From the NCBI GenBank assembly GCA_951406725.2, contig OX597839.1, positions 34,472,001-34,536,000 of the forward strand: a stretch of 64,000 nucleotides of DNA, in the 5' to 3' direction. Below the pieces are notes generated by a model. The model worked only from the letters and a program-made list of their open reading frames with translations, had not been told where the DNA came from and did not search any database. Numbering within the stretch: the first letter of the stretch is position 1; the number at the start of each line of letters is the position of its first letter. The stretch comes from Octopus vulgaris (Eukaryota). Both the position numbers and the translations under genes were made by a program. Shown in pieces: positions 50,477 through 64,000 of this stretch.

Positions 50477-50748
50477 TTAAGGCAGCAGAGTGACAGAATC
50501 ATTAGCAGACCAGGCAAAATGCTTAGAAGCATTTCGTTTGTCTTTACGTTCTGAGTTCAAATTCCGCCAAGGTCAGCTTAGACTTTCATCCTTTCAGGAT
50601 TGATGAAAAAAGTACCAGTTACATACTGGGGTCAATGTAATTGACTTAGCCCCTCCCCCTCCCCGAAATTGCTGGCCTTGTGCCAGAAGTTGAAACCAAT
50701 GTTAGGAATAAATTCTCATTTCTTTTTCTTTCTCTAATCTGTCAACAG

Positions 50749-50890
50749 TTTAATTGACATGACCACTCGGCACCGGGCTGAAACAGAAATGGAAACAGAA
50801 AGACTACAAACAGCCAAGTTACAGGCTGAACGTACCTTAGAGGTCAGAGAACATTCTCATAGACAACGTGTGAAGGGCTTAGAAGAACAG
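50749..50890 (+). CDS. CROCC: Rootletin exon w27
   Basis: caacag|T, CAG|gtaagc; ...QAERTLEVREHSHRQRVKGLEEQ conserved C-terminal motif; phase 2/0. Confidence 0.95.
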
Positions 50891-50949
50891 GTAAGCAACC
50901 GACAGACAATCACTTTTACAGAAAGGGACTCAATCCTCATTTTAATTCA

Positions 50950-51269
50950 ACCTCCCCCTCTCGTTCTCCTCTCACTCCAACTCCCCCTCTTTTTCTCCTC
51001 TCGCTCCAACTTCCCCTCTCATTCTCCTCTCACTCCAACTCCCCCTCTCGTTCTCTTCTCACTCCAACTCCCCCTCTCGTTCTCCTCTCACTCCAACTTC
51101 CCCTCTTTTTCTCTTCTCACTCCAACTCCCCCTCTTTTTCTCTTCTCACTCCAACTCCCCCTCTCGTTCTTCTCTCACTCCAACTCCCCCTCTTTTTCTC
51201 TTCTCACTCCAACTCCCCCTCTCGTTCTCCTCTCACTCCAACTCCCCCTCTTTTTCTCTTCTCACTCCA
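50950..51269. repeat. 29-bp pyrimidine-rich minisatellite, about 11 copies
   Basis: Unit CTCACTCCAACTCCCCCTCTCGTTCTCCT. Confidence 0.92.
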
Positions 51270-51370
51270 GGTTTTTCATTCTTCCTCTCTTCATTTTGTC
51301 TTTCATTCTGTCCCTTAAACCCTTCTACTTTCACTTTCACTTTCTCTCACACCTCTCATTCTCCTATGTG

Positions 51371-51410
<40 letters not shown>

Positions 51411-51529
51411 TCTGTTTCTTTTCTCTTTCTCCCTCTCCCTCTCTCTCTCCTTGTCTGTAAACAATATAATTATCTCAGAAAATTAGGTGTTTTAATTGAT
51501 TCGTAACGTTTGATTTTGTCTCTTTGCAG

Positions 51530-51850
51530 GTATCAACTCTTAAGGACCAGCTGAAACAAGAGATTCAGAAACGACAGAGCTACATCTCTCGCAGTGTTCG
51601 TACTGGAGATGAGATCAAGGATATCCGCTTCCTCTTAGATAACTCCCTATCCAATGTCACCCGTGACAGCTGTCTAAACCCACTTTTGCTAGAACACGAG
51701 ACTAAAAAACTCGATCTAATGCACAAGGGCGTCTCACCTCCCGTCAAACTATCTCCGGTGCGCAGTCACTCCCCGTTGCGCACTGGTGGCGCCGGCCACT
51801 TGCACAGAAACGTCACCAACTCATCCTTTCGCCATAAAGTAAAAAAGTAG
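51530..51850 (+). CDS. CROCC: Rootletin terminal coding exon w28
   Basis: ttgcag|GTA; VSTLKDQLKQEIQKRQSYISRS...HKVKK then TAG at 51848-51850. Confidence 0.92.
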   Translation, partial: VSTLKDQLKQEIQKRQSYISRSVRTGDEIKDIRFLLDNSLSNVTRDSCLNPLLLEHETKKLDLMHKGVSPPVKLSPVRSHSPLRTGGAGHLHRNVTNSSFRHKVKK

Positions 51851-52144
51851 ACTTCCTTCTGCTTTTCTTTCTCCCCCTTTCTAACATCAAGTGATCCGTG
51901 GCCTTATTAGGAAACATGTCTGTTTTCTATAAATTTGTAATTTTTTTTTTTCAAATCATTTAAAAATCTATTTCTCATCTCTCTCTCTCTTTCTCTCTGT
52001 CACACACACACACTCTTTCTCTCTCTTTCTTTCTCTCTCACACACACACAGGCACATATACTTTGTTAGGCAACTCTCTTTCATTCCCACTTTTCTTTGT
52101 AAGAATATTGTGTATGGTTGCAATGTATGTTTTGTGTATATGTG

Positions 52145-52150
52145 ATTAAA
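52145..52150 (+). promoter_or_regulatory. Candidate polyadenylation signal (ATTAAA)
   Basis: First PAS-like hexamer I found, about 300 nt after the stop and before the next SINE; not verified. Confidence 0.3.
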
Positions 52151-52506
52151 TATTTCATGATGACAATAATGATAATAATAATATCAATAATGAAAAAATG
52201 GAAAAAGAAAAGAAAATATCACTGTTACAAATGAATTATGTTATTCATTGCATGACAAAAACAAAAGAAAAAAAAGCCCCCCCGAACAAAACATATCACT
52301 TGTTAGGTTTAGCTTTTAAAATGAATGTTTCACAACCCCAAAATGTCCTGACGTGGCTGTGTGGTAAGTAGCTTGCTAACCAACCACATGGTTCCGGGTT
52401 CAGTCCCACTGTGTGGCACCTTGGGCAAGTGTCTTCTACTATAGCCCCGGGCCGACCAAAGCCTTGTGAGTGGATTTGGTAGACGGAAACTGAAAGAAGC
52501 CTGTCG

Positions 52507-52541
<35 letters not shown>

Positions 52542-54699
52542 CTGTGTCTGTCCCCCTAGCATTGCTTGACAACGATGCTGGTGTGTTTATGTCCCCATGG
52601 TGTGCATGGCCGCAGTCAAATGACTGAAACAAGTAAAAGAGTAAAGAGTAACCCCAAAATGTCCTGACCCCTAACAAATACAAACGAAAGAAGAAATGTA
52701 TTATTTAGACGTGAATTTTTTAGTTTTTATTTTGTCCTTTTGTATCTTCATCTTACGTCTACAGCCATTGTAAGGGAGATGTCTTGTGGCGGAGAAGCAT
52801 ATAAAAGAGGTGCAGGTGGGAGAAGAAGTCTGCTTCCCAACCACATGGTTCCGGGTTCAGTTCTCCTATGTGGCGCCTTGGGCAAGTGTCTTATATAGCC
52901 TCAGGCTGACCAAGGTCTTGTAAATGGATTTGGTAGATGGAAACTGAAAGAAGCCCGTCGCATATGTATGTATGTGTGTGTAGAGTATTAATAACCTGTT
53001 GTCAGAAGTCAATAGTGAAATGCTTTAGAATAAAAGTGTTAGGTGAATACAGAGCATAATATTAATTAATGAATGGCAAGGGAACGAGTTGTATAATCAC
53101 CTCCATTGGCTTGCAGTTGTTTCTGCTATAAGAAGCAGCGTGTTCGCAGCTGAGTGTTTGTGCAACCTCATAAGCTAATAAAGTTGATTGTATTACATAG
53201 ATAGATAGGTAAGTTGGGGTGTGTGTTTGTGTGTGGGTGTATATATATATATATATATATATACATATATATGTGTGTGTGTATGTTGTTATTGTTATTG
53301 ACAAGTCTGGTGAATGGAACTTTGGACTGGAAAATTTGATGCCATCAAATGGCATCCGATTATCATCAGGTATTTTGACCCTGAACCATGTGTGTGTGCA
53401 CATATATACATCATCATCATCATCATCTTCGTTTAGCGTCCGCTTTCCATGCTAGCATGGGTTGGACAGTTCAACTGGGGTCTGTGAAGCCAGAAGGCTG
53501 CACCAGGCCCAGTCTGATCTGGCAATGTTTCTATGGCTGGATGCCCTTCCTAACACCAACCACTCCGTGAGTGTAGTGGGTGCTTTTTACGTGCCACTGG
53601 CACAGGTGCCAGGGGAGGCTGGCAAACGGCCACGATCGGATGGTGCTTTTTACGTGCCACCGGCACGGGGGCCAGGCTAGGCTGGCAATGGCATACACAT
53701 AAACAGATATTTATATATATTCATAGGGAAGCTACCATCTCTTCCACCTTTTTAGACACCTTTCTCATGAAGAAAAGAAAGCACTCCAGCCATTGTTGTG
53801 CGTGTGACAGCACCATCTGACAAAATAGCAGATTGAGAATAATATAATATAGTGTGTATTCTTAATGTGAAGGATTTCAAAAGATATGAGTGCATCAAAC
53901 ATCGTCCCAGTACAATCAATGGCAAGTTATTTATTCCAACTGACCATCCTTCCTCTGTGAATGTGTTTAATGCCTAGGTGCAGGCATGGCTGTGTGGTTA
54001 ACAAGTTCACTTTGTAACCTTGTGGTTTTGGGTTTAGTCCTGTATGACACTTTGGGTAAATGTTTTCTTCTATAGACCCTGGCAGACCAATATCTTGTGA
54101 GTGGATGAGATATACGAAGAAAATTATACAAAGCCCATTGTATGTATGTATATGTGTAGCTATATATATATAAGGTGGCGAGCTGGCAGAAATGTTAACA
54201 CGCCGGACGAAATGCGTAGCCGTATTTCGTCTGCCGTTACGTTCTGAGTTCAAATTTCGCCGAGGTCGACTTTGCCTTTCATCCTTTTGGGGTCGATAAA
54301 TTAAGTACCAGTTACGCACTGGGGTCGATAGAATCGACTTAATCCCTTTGTCTGTCCTTGTTTGTCCTCTCTGTGTTTAGCCCCTTGTGGGCAATAAAGA
54401 AATATATATGTGTATGAGTGTGTGAATACATATAAGAGTGTAAGTATGTATGTGTTTGTTTGGATTTGGGCTTCTCCGAAAATCCCTGTGCTATGAGCAG
54501 TGATGCGTTATTTACCTGGTAACAAATTGTCTGCTTTGGAAGACGTGGAATAAGAGACTCTCTTATTTGCAAAGCAGGTAAGTGTCAGTGGCAGGAAGAG
54601 CATCCAGCCGTAAAGCAATAGCCCAGTTATATATTTGGCTCATCCATGCTAGCATGGGAAAGGTAAAACGGATGTTGAAACAAATATGCATGCAGACAG

Positions 54700-54744
<45 letters not shown>

Positions 54745-54834
54745 GTTAATCCAAACAAGAAAGCACAAAAAAACACAACAACGCGAGGACGTGGAACAAA
54801 TATAGTATTATTGGACGCTCAGGAAAGAAGGAGG

Positions 54835-54869
54835 GTTTAACGTTTCGAGCGGAGCTCTTCGTCAGAAAC
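54835..54869 (-). ncRNA. Minimal type-I hammerhead motif
   Basis: GUUU-CUGACGA-A-GAGC(UCC)GCUC-GAAA-CG-UU-AAAC, inside an element at about 54745-54910. Confidence 0.72.
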
Positions 54870-55481
54870 ATAGGAGAAGAAAAGATCCAGAGAAGGGAAG
54901 ACAGAGGAAAGCACCAACCAGTACGGCACTGACTGGCTCCTGTGCCGGTGACACATAAAAAGCACCCAGTACACTCTTGAAAGTGGTTGGTGATAGGAAG
55001 GGCACCCAACTGTAGAAACCATGGCAAATCAGATCGGAACTTGGTGCAGCACTCCAGCTTACCAGTTCTATGCCAGCATGGAAAGCAGACACTAAATTAT
55101 GACGATGATGATGATGGTACTGATCTGACGCCACCACTTGCAGCTCTGTTACAAAGAGTGACATCCTCATTGATGTTACCTGTAAAAGTTTGTCGACATT
55201 TCCCTGTCAGCAGTTTTTCCATCTGCTTATCTCTGTACTTTCGAATTTCACTGGGATTTTAAAAAAAGAGAAATCCCTTTCCTGGAAAACGGGTAAGGGC
55301 CAACTTTGTGAAGTACGTCTAGCCGTAAAGGTTCTGCCTCAAATCTACTCTTGTCTAAGATATGCTAGCATGGACAGATGGATGTGAAGGGGATCAACAA
55401 GGTATATATATATATATATTTACATAGACACACACATACACACACACACACACACATACACACACATATATATATATATAT

Positions 55482-55513
<32 letters not shown>

Positions 55514-56494
55514 CACATAGACACACACACACATATATATATACATACACACACATACATATATATTCACTTAAACACACACATATATATATACATACAT
55601 GCACACATGCATATATATCTATATATACATAGATATGGATATGTGTGTGTCTCTATGTACACACACACACACATAAATTACTCATATATTGACATATATA
55701 TGTATACATATACATGCACACACACACACATTTATATATACATACATATATATATTCATGCATGTATATATGTGTGTCTATGTTATTTAGCTTTTACACA
55801 CAGAAACACATATTATTTATATACATTTACACACACACACACACACACATATGTATATGTGTGTTTGTCCATGTATTACACACACACACATAGATTACTC
55901 ATATATTTACATATATATGTGTGCACACACATATTTGCATGTGCGTGTGTGTGTGTAAACACACATTTATATATATACATATATATTCGTGCATGTATAT
56001 ATGTGTGTCTATGTGTTATGCTTTTACACACAGAAACACATATTGTTTATATATATTTACCCACACACGTGCACACACACACACACGGATATATATATCT
56101 ATATTTATGCGTGTGTGTGTGTGTATGCGTAATATCTCTGGTAATGTAAGTAAAAAAGGTAAGTGGCCCCTTTTTTTCAGTTTCGTCAATGGGTCTTCCA
56201 GTTGTTTCCTCAACAACTCATTGAATCATGATTTATATAAGTGGCTGAATACTCCACAGACTTTAACATAATCCTCAGGCAGAGATTTAGCCTGGCAGTG
56301 TATGTGTGTGTACGACAAGGCTAGCACTTAGCATTACAGGTACAGTCAATTCAGTAGGCTTCCTCACAGTTTCCATCCAGTAGGCTTCAGTTGATCAGAA
56401 GCTGACCTCTGTATTGCCACATGTGATGATACACAGAACATATTTCCCTGGTCTCCATTCATCATACACGATACACATCCCCAATAGTTTGTCA

Positions 56495-56508
56495 GTTGCC
56501 ATGGTAAC
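56495..56508. promoter_or_regulatory. RFX X-box motif
   Basis: GTTGCCATGGTAAC fits the consensus GTNRCC-N(0-3)-RGYAAC exactly. Confidence 0.5.
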
Positions 56509-58129
56509 CTTGGGTTTATGAAAGGAAAGCGTTATATTAATCCGAAGGGTTAACGAGAAGTCTGAAGACAATCAGGGATGTTGAGGACAAACTTTGGACT
56601 TAGGAAAGGAAAGTTTTATATTTAGGAGAACATAGGAAGCAAGGACTGACTAAAAGTCTGAAGGAAATCATGGACATTGAGGACAAAGAGTTCTGGGTTC
56701 AATTCCACAGTGTGGCACACCTTGGTCAAGTGGTTTCTGCTAGAGCCCTAGGAGAACCAGCACCTTGTGAGTGGATTTGGTCGATGGAAACTGTGTGTGA
56801 GTCCATCATATGTATGTGTGTGTCTGTTGTAACTTGACAACAGGTGTTGGTTTATTTACATCCATGTAACTTAACAGTTCAGCAAAAGAAACCTATAAAA
56901 TAATTACTGAGGTCAATTTGTTTGACCTTCAAGGTGGTGCTCCAGCATGGCTGCAGTTCAGTGACATAAGCACATAAGAAGACCAAGGATAATCGATTGA
57001 TCCTCTTCCTTAATCTGTTTCAGCCATAAGTATTCCAAAAATTTCATTACTGGAACTAGCTGCTCATATATTCGTGGCTGAGTACTCCACAGACATTTTG
57101 TGGCTTATTGATGTAATCTTAAGGCAGAATCAGCATGACATTGCATATAACAGTACTGGAAATGTCCATCTGATTGATTAAGGCTTCTATGCAGTTTCCA
57201 CTGACCGAATTTCACTGATGAGGTTTGGGTCAAATTGAAGCTATGGTAGGACAATTGCCCGAGATGCCATGCTTTGAGATTGAACTCTGAAATTTATGGC
57301 CATCATCATCATCATCATCATTTTAACATCCACTTTTCCTGCTTGCATGGATCAGACGGAATTTGTTGAAGTGGACTTTCTACGGCCGGATGCCCTTCCT
57401 GTCACCAACCCTCGCCTGTTTCTGAGCCAAGGTAATATTTCTCCCCCCTCCGACAGCCAGACATGTTTCTCCACAGAAGAATTGATTTTTTTGACAATTA
57501 ATGCTCCTTTACAACCATCACACGATGCCGAGACAACGGTACACACAAGCACACACACACACATATACACATGTATGCATATATACAGGGTGTCCACAAA
57601 GTCTGGGTACATGGAGTAAATAAAATCATAACATAAATAATTAAATATAGGAAATTCTGATTCCAGTAAAGTGATGTAGTTATCACTATACTTAATAGTA
57701 TTACTGGTTATGATATATACATACATAGGTGTGTGTGTGTGTATATATAATAATAATAATAATATTAGGGAGTATAACTCCAAACTTACAGGGAAAAATT
57801 CAGTTTAGTATTAAATCAAATTTCAGAGTCCCTCCTAGCATGAGGCATTTATGTACAGTAATGCCCTTAATATAAATAAATATTTTTAAGAGGAATAATT
57901 GATGGATTTTTCCCTTATGAGGTTTTTCACACTAACTACTTGATAAATTCTTATAAAGATTTTATCCTATTTTTCAATATATATATATAGAATATGAAGG
58001 GTTTAGTTCACTGGTGATCTAAATGAACAGGTTCGATGGGTAAGTGCTATAGTGGTTGACCATTAGGTTCCAAGACCACAGCTGAGGGGGGATTCTAGGG
58101 ATCCATATTAGGGTTTCATTATAGCAGGT

Positions 58130-58302
58130 ATATATTATATCAGACGAAAAATCGAAAACCAAGACAGAATGAGTATCTCAAGGCATTTAAAATAATTTAA
58201 TTAGGGTAAGGTAAATTCACCTTACCCTAATTAAAACTATCTTAAGTGCCTTGAGAAACTTGTTCTGCCTTGGTTTTCGATTTTTGCTCTAATATAACAT
58301 AT
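58130..58302. repeat. Long imperfect palindrome (arms about 83 bp, 6-nt loop)
   Basis: AAAAATCGAAAACCAAG...TTAATTAGGGTAAGGT-aaattc-ACCTTACCCTAATTAA...CTTGGTTTTCGATTTTT. Confidence 0.85.
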
Positions 58303-59361
58303 ATAATCTGTTAGCTGTCCACCAATCAGAAAAGAAGCATGCTGTAAAACTTGAGAGCAGTAATACTTAATAGGTTGTTGGTTACAGGTGGTCAGAGAGT
58401 GACCATTGGTTTCCACACCTATAAAATTCTTTGCAGTACACTACTAAGAACTTTATAGGTGCAAAACCAGTGGTCACTTTTTGACCACCTATAACCAACA
58501 ACTTTTTTAGTACACACACACACATATATTTAGTACAGTGCCTTACCATTTTGATAACCTGGAACACATATTTCCTTTTCCCACCTGAGATACAGGTATG
58601 CCTTTCATCCAACTTGGCTGTAAAGAATTTTACTTCCAACAGGACATCTTTATTAATAAGTTGACAATCAGACATTATTCACAGATCGAAGTTAATTACT
58701 TCATTAGTGTCATATTCAACCCTTTAGTATTCACATTTCTCCAGCAGCAAATTTTATGCTTATTTATTCACATTGCCTTTAATTAATTATGCATTAATTA
58801 ATTAATTATGCATTATCTCATAACTTTGAGGTTCCAACGACATGATTCTTTAATGTTAGAATGACATTGTAGGGTAGGTGTGAGAGGCCAGGTGTGGCCA
58901 GTTTTAATGTCAAGTGGTTAAAATTTCAGTAGAAAGATATACATATCATTAATATATCTTTTAATTAGTTAATTAATTAACCAAAATATCACTGTAATAG
59001 AAGACTATATCCATTATTGTAGTGCCTTATAATAAAATTATGCATGAGATGTTGTATTTGACTAACTTCTCATCTAGATTTATTCACTTTGCTAAATATA
59101 TCCACATCCACTCATATCAAACCTAACTTGCTTCATACAACAGGAGACTGTTTTCCCTCTGACGGATCCTAGCATTCTTTCAAATTAATTGTCATTACAA
59201 TTATACCATGTTTGATGGCATAAAAGACACACATATATATGGGTTTGTGTGTATATAAATGCATACATATGTATATATGTGTGTGTATATATATGTATGT
59301 GTGTGTGTGTGTGTATATGTATATATATATATATGTATGTATATATATTTTATTTATTTAT

Positions 59362-59672
59362 TTATGCGCCCTTTTCAAGCCTAGCCAGGCTTATGGGCCC
59401 GGTTTCCCAGTTTCTATGGCATATGTATTCCCCCACCAGGTGGACGGGACGCCAGTCCATCGCAGCGTTACTCAAGAAACAAGAAGAAAGAGTGAGAGAG
59501 AAAGTTTGGGCAAAAGAGTACAACAGGGATCACCACCACCCCCTGCTGAAGCCTTGTGGAGCTTTGAAGTGTTTTCGCTTAATAAACACACACAACGCCC
59601 AGTCTGGGAATCGAGACCGCCATCCTCCGTTCATGAGTCCGCTGCCCTACCCACTGGGTCATTGCACCTCCA
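59362..59672 (-). mobile_element. SINE family B (tail variant 4)
   Basis: Family-B head; tail CTGCGATGGACTGGCGTCCCGTCCA...GAAACCGGGCCC ending in (TAAA)n. Confidence 0.8.
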
Positions 59673-59699
59673 CGTATATATATATATATATATATGCTT

Positions 59700-60040
59700 A
59701 TTTAAACTAGACAATGTATTGAGAAGACACCCACATAGATTGCATATCTGATTTGGACTACCAAGAGCTGCAGTTTTGATCTTTGTGGGTCTTCAAATGT
59801 CTTTTGAGGCCTCTGTTAGATTCACAGCATTGAAAAGTGTGCACAGACATAGGCAGAATAGTTGGAGGAGGTTCATTTTTCATGAACCCGCAAATGAGAT
59901 TTGAGCCCAGCAAAAGAAAGGTGTGGTCTGTCACAAACTGTGCACACAAAAAGGTCCCCTGAGATTCACCTTCTCAACCATAACATCCTTTAAATGTTTC
60001 TTGAGTCTTGCATGCATTATCCTGGCCTCTTCAAATGCTA
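59700..60040 (-). mobile_element. Decayed RTE-like LINE C-terminus with C2H2 fingers
   Basis: AFEEARIMHARLK ... FVCTVCDRPHLSFAGLKSHLRVH* ... SNRGLKRHLKTH, with frameshifts. Confidence 0.65.
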
Positions 60041-63000
60041 TATATATATGTGGCACGTACAAAGCACCATCCGACCATGGCCGTTTGCCAGCCCCGTCTG
60101 GCACGTAAAAAGCACCCACTAAACTCACGGAGTGGTTGGCATTAGGAAGGGCATCCAGCTGTAGAAACATTGCCAGATCAGACTGGAGCCTGGTGCAGCC
60201 TTCTGGCTTCCCAGACCCAGTTGAACCGTCCAACCCATGCTAGCATGGAAAGCGGACGCTAAATGATGATGATATATATACACACACACACAAAGTATGG
60301 GGGTTTAGTTCACAGGGGATCTAAACGATTAGGTGCACTAGGTAAGTGCTCTAACGGATTACTGGGGTGCCAAGGTTATAGCCAGGACAGTAGTTATGGA
60401 GCCATTACAGATTTCCAATGCAGCAGATATATAATTGTTAAAGAGGATGTCAAACATTAAGGCAAGGGGCAAACATCTCATTACAGGTGTAAGATTTTGA
60501 ATTTCTTGCTGTAATAATATTGTCTGTGACTTGAGATATTTGATGTCCTGTTTAACAATTATATATGTTCAGAAGCCGACATTTATTAAGTTCTAACTCC
60601 AGGTTAGTGAAACAATAAAACGTATGTATGTTTCTATATGTATATATGAATGTGTGTGTATATATATATATGTATGTGCAAATATGTGTGTGTGTGTGTC
60701 AAAAGAATCACTCCAGGCCCTACATACAAAGCTGGACCTCCTCCCTGAAACTAATTTCATTCCTGACATTAAACATGTGCTGCTGAAATAAGGGTGGGAC
60801 TAATGCACCCGACAGTCTTTTACGCCATCAAATGCAGAAAATTATTGTTGCATATTTCACTTTCTCTCTTTACATTCATACCCAGAAGGGCTGATGCTTT
60901 TAAGGGGACTACATTTCTTCAATCCGACCCTTAAGCACATGCCCTATCTTATGCCAACAACCATAAATAGAAAACAGTTTATCCACGGTTTTTTTAAAAA
61001 AAGAAAATTTTCTGTATTGAAATATTTATAATAATTTTTATTTTGTTTTCTATCAACGCACAATATCACACGAAGCTGTGCAGCGATCCCAGTTACCAGT
61101 GTAAATGCCTTTTGGTATTAAGGTCCATCCCTTTCTTCTGAATTCAAATCCCACCAACGTTTTTGATTTCATTTTGTCATCCATCTCAGACCTGTAAGAT
61201 GAATACCAGGCATATACTGGGGGTTTATTTAACAAAAATGCACATCTCTTCCTCCTCCTCCTCTCTTATAAATTTGTCTTTATTAACCATTCTTATAAAC
61301 CAATATTTTATTCTTGGTCTTAAGGCAACAAGTTGGCAGAAGCATTAACAAGCCGAATACAGCCCTTAGCGGCACTTCGCCTGTCTTTGTGTTCTGAGTT
61401 CAAATTCCACCAAGGTCGACTTTGCCTTTCATTTTTTTCAGGGTTTAAAATCCCCCGGAAAAACACAATTTCTGTTTTTAAACATTTAGCACATTCTTTT
61501 TTAAAGAAAAATTTCTATCCTGCACACTCACACACACCTGTAGTTTACACCTGAAAACACCTTTTATTAATTACAAGCACCTAGTCACCGTTACTGTAGT
61601 AACCACAACCTTCAGTATTTATTCTTTCCATTCTAATTCCACCATTTTTTACTTTTTTTTAACAGTTTCTGATTTAGGGGTCTCAGTTTTTCACTTTGAA
61701 GCCATTGACTTATAAAGACTTTGTGCAGTTTTTTTTTTCTTTTTACCTCTGAACCCCACAAAATTCCACACCCCATGGAACTCAGACCATACAACAGCAG
61801 TCTTCAACAACAAACCCCTTAACTCAGCCATCTTGTCATTCTTTGAAACCAATATATTCCAATGTTTTCTTTGCAACGCCATTTATTTATGCATCGCAAT
61901 AATTAAATTCAAGACAACGAGTTTTCAGGATCGTTAGCATGCTGATCAAAATGCTTGATGGTATTTCCTCCGTCTTTGCATTCTGAGTTCAAATTTCACT
62001 GAGGTCGACTTTCATCCGTTTTGGGGTTCAATAAAATAAGTACCAGTTATGCACTGGGGTCGATGTAATTGACTTAGCCCATCCCTGTGAGCTTGCTGGC
62101 CTTGTGCTAAAATATGAAACCAAGTTACTAGAATTGTCAGATCATCAGACAGAATATTTTGTGGTGTTTGCTCTGAGTTCAAACCTTGCTGAGGTCATTT
62201 TTGCTTTTTATCTATCCTTTCATCAGCATCATCACCATCATCAACCCCTGGACAATACTGTCTCAAGTCCTAGGAAGACTCCTAGAGCTGTCTACCTGGT
62301 TTCCTTGGCATGTAAGTGACCGAGATCACAGCATTCTTCCTGAATGAGATGTCAGTCCTTTGTAAGCTTTCTCATTTAACCAGCTGGAAGCTGAGGGCAA
62401 TGTGAAATGAAGTGTTTTGCTCAAGAGCACAAAACACCACCCTGTCTGGGAATCGAACCCACGATCTTACAATGATGAATGCAACACTAAGACACACACA
62501 CACACACATGTAATTATATATATATCCTAAAGGACCCAAGGTCTTGCCAGAACCCTAGGCTCCTATGGCCAGTTTGCCAGATTCTGTGGTGTGTATATTC
62601 ACTCCCTGGATAGGACACCAGCTCATTGCAGGATAACTCACTTTTGCCAGCTGGGTGGACTGGAGCAACATGAAATGAAATACTTTGCTCAAAAACAAAA
62701 CACATCACCTAGTCTGGGGATTGAAACCGCAGTCTTACAGTCATGAGTGCAACACCCTAACCACTTGACCATGCTCTTTTTCTATCATACTCTGGTAATC
62801 AATAAAAACAAAAATGACCAATCAAAAGCAACGGATTGGGGAAACTGTAAGGAAGTCAGACCAATAGCTTTGCAGTATTTGTTCTAAGTCTCACCATTCT
62901 GAGTTCAAATCTCAGCATGGCCCTAGTTAAATGGTTGGTTTACTCTGTTCACTCAGTTTAGCACCTCCACCACATGACCCCTTGGGTATATTTTGTAGAA

Positions 63001-63377
63001 CCCCCACACGCTCTTGTAAGCATTTAGGCCAAGATTCTGGTTTGACGATACCTTCCTCCCATCAGTCCTGGAAGCCCTGTAAAGGATCAGGGGCAAGGTC
63101 TTCCCTCCTAAAGTCAAAGTATAGTAATAATAATAATATTAATAATGGTTTCAAATTTTGGCATAGAGCCAGTAGTTTTTGAGGGGATGAGGAAACCAAT
63201 TGCATTGACCTTGGTATTTCATTTTATCGACCTCTAAAAAGATGAAAGACAAAAAAAAAAAAATTGACTGTGGTGGAATTTGAACTCAGAATGTAAAGAC
63301 ATGAAATGCCAGCAAGTATTGTCCAGAATGCTAACGAGTCTGCCACCTCACTGCCTTCGATGAAATAATAATAAGGA

Positions 63378-63680
63378 AAATAGCACCACTAGGCACTGCA
63401 CACATCCTGCATAAAACACTTTCAATACAGCAAAGATAAGAGCACCACAGCACATATCCAAGGCACACAGAGCTGTTCTTGGTAGTGAAGTGAAAGCAAG
63501 TGGTGAAAATAAGACTACTGGTTGATAATAATAATAATAATAATGTTTTGGGGCATCTGTCTTTTTGTAAACACTACAACTTCCTGGACTTCAGACAGAC
63601 CAAGGTAGCCTGTGTACCCCAATAAGGGCTTCTCTCGCTGCGAGGCCCCACATCCTGTTTATTTCAATTTCTACATCTTT
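63378..63680. mobile_element. R4/Dong-like RLE LINE fragments around (TAA)n
   Basis: Plus strand KIAPLGTAHILHKTLS and a 3' UTR ending in (TAA)n; minus strand DVEIEINRMWGL. Confidence 0.6.
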
Positions 63681-63754
63681 GTAGTTTGTATTTCTTCTTA
63701 CCTCCCTTGGGTGCCACTCTTCTGCTAGACTGTGATATATTTCCACACTGAAAG

Positions 63755-63787
<33 letters not shown>

Positions 63788-63793
63788 CAATCA

Positions 63794-63827
<34 letters not shown>

Positions 63828-64000
63828 CTATCACTCTCTCCCTCTCTCTTTCTTTAGTCCTGTGCTACCAATCATTTTCACCAATCTCATTACCACTGCT
63901 AATGCTACCACTACTACTAACGCCACTACTAACCACTGCCCGATATTGCTGTTGTCTTGGGAGCTGTTTCACTACTTCTCATCTGCCCATTCTGATAAAT

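Noticed and set aside
60575-60625. CTAAC/GTTAG stem followed by GAAAC
   Set aside because: No recognisable CUGANGA core
61691-61882. 63-aa minus ORF in non-repetitive DNA
   Set aside because: No recognisable domain or exon partners; I found no support for a second gene in 52-64 kb

Overview
Eukaryotic, AT-rich, microsatellite- and SINE-dense genomic DNA, most likely octopus (inferred from the repeat landscape). It holds the 3' part of one large + strand gene. I traced 28 GT-AG coding exons (107-51850, about 1,900 codons, splice phases consistent throughout, stop at 51848-51850) that encode the coiled-coil ciliary rootlet protein Rootletin/CROCC; its 5' exons lie upstream of the window. Introns and the downstream 12 kb contain three tRNA-headed SINE families, a (GAT)n-tailed retroelement family, DNA-transposon MITEs (hAT, Tc1/mariner, piggyBac-like, Helitron), a decayed DD37D/maT transposase, RTE- and R4/Dong-type LINE ends, and minisatellites. 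The main unexpected signal is a set of at least five unrelated families of minimal type-I hammerhead ribozyme motifs. One looks intact and has a G3:C8 core swap (46335-46385), and one is joined to a tRNA-like Pol III head in an SM-alpha/retrozyme-like layout (21151-21660). Also notable are tandem H-type pseudoknot units in a retroelement 5' end, a 34-copy array built from a SINE B-box, and a consensus RFX X-box downstream of this ciliary gene. All of this was read by eye; no searches or folding programs were run.
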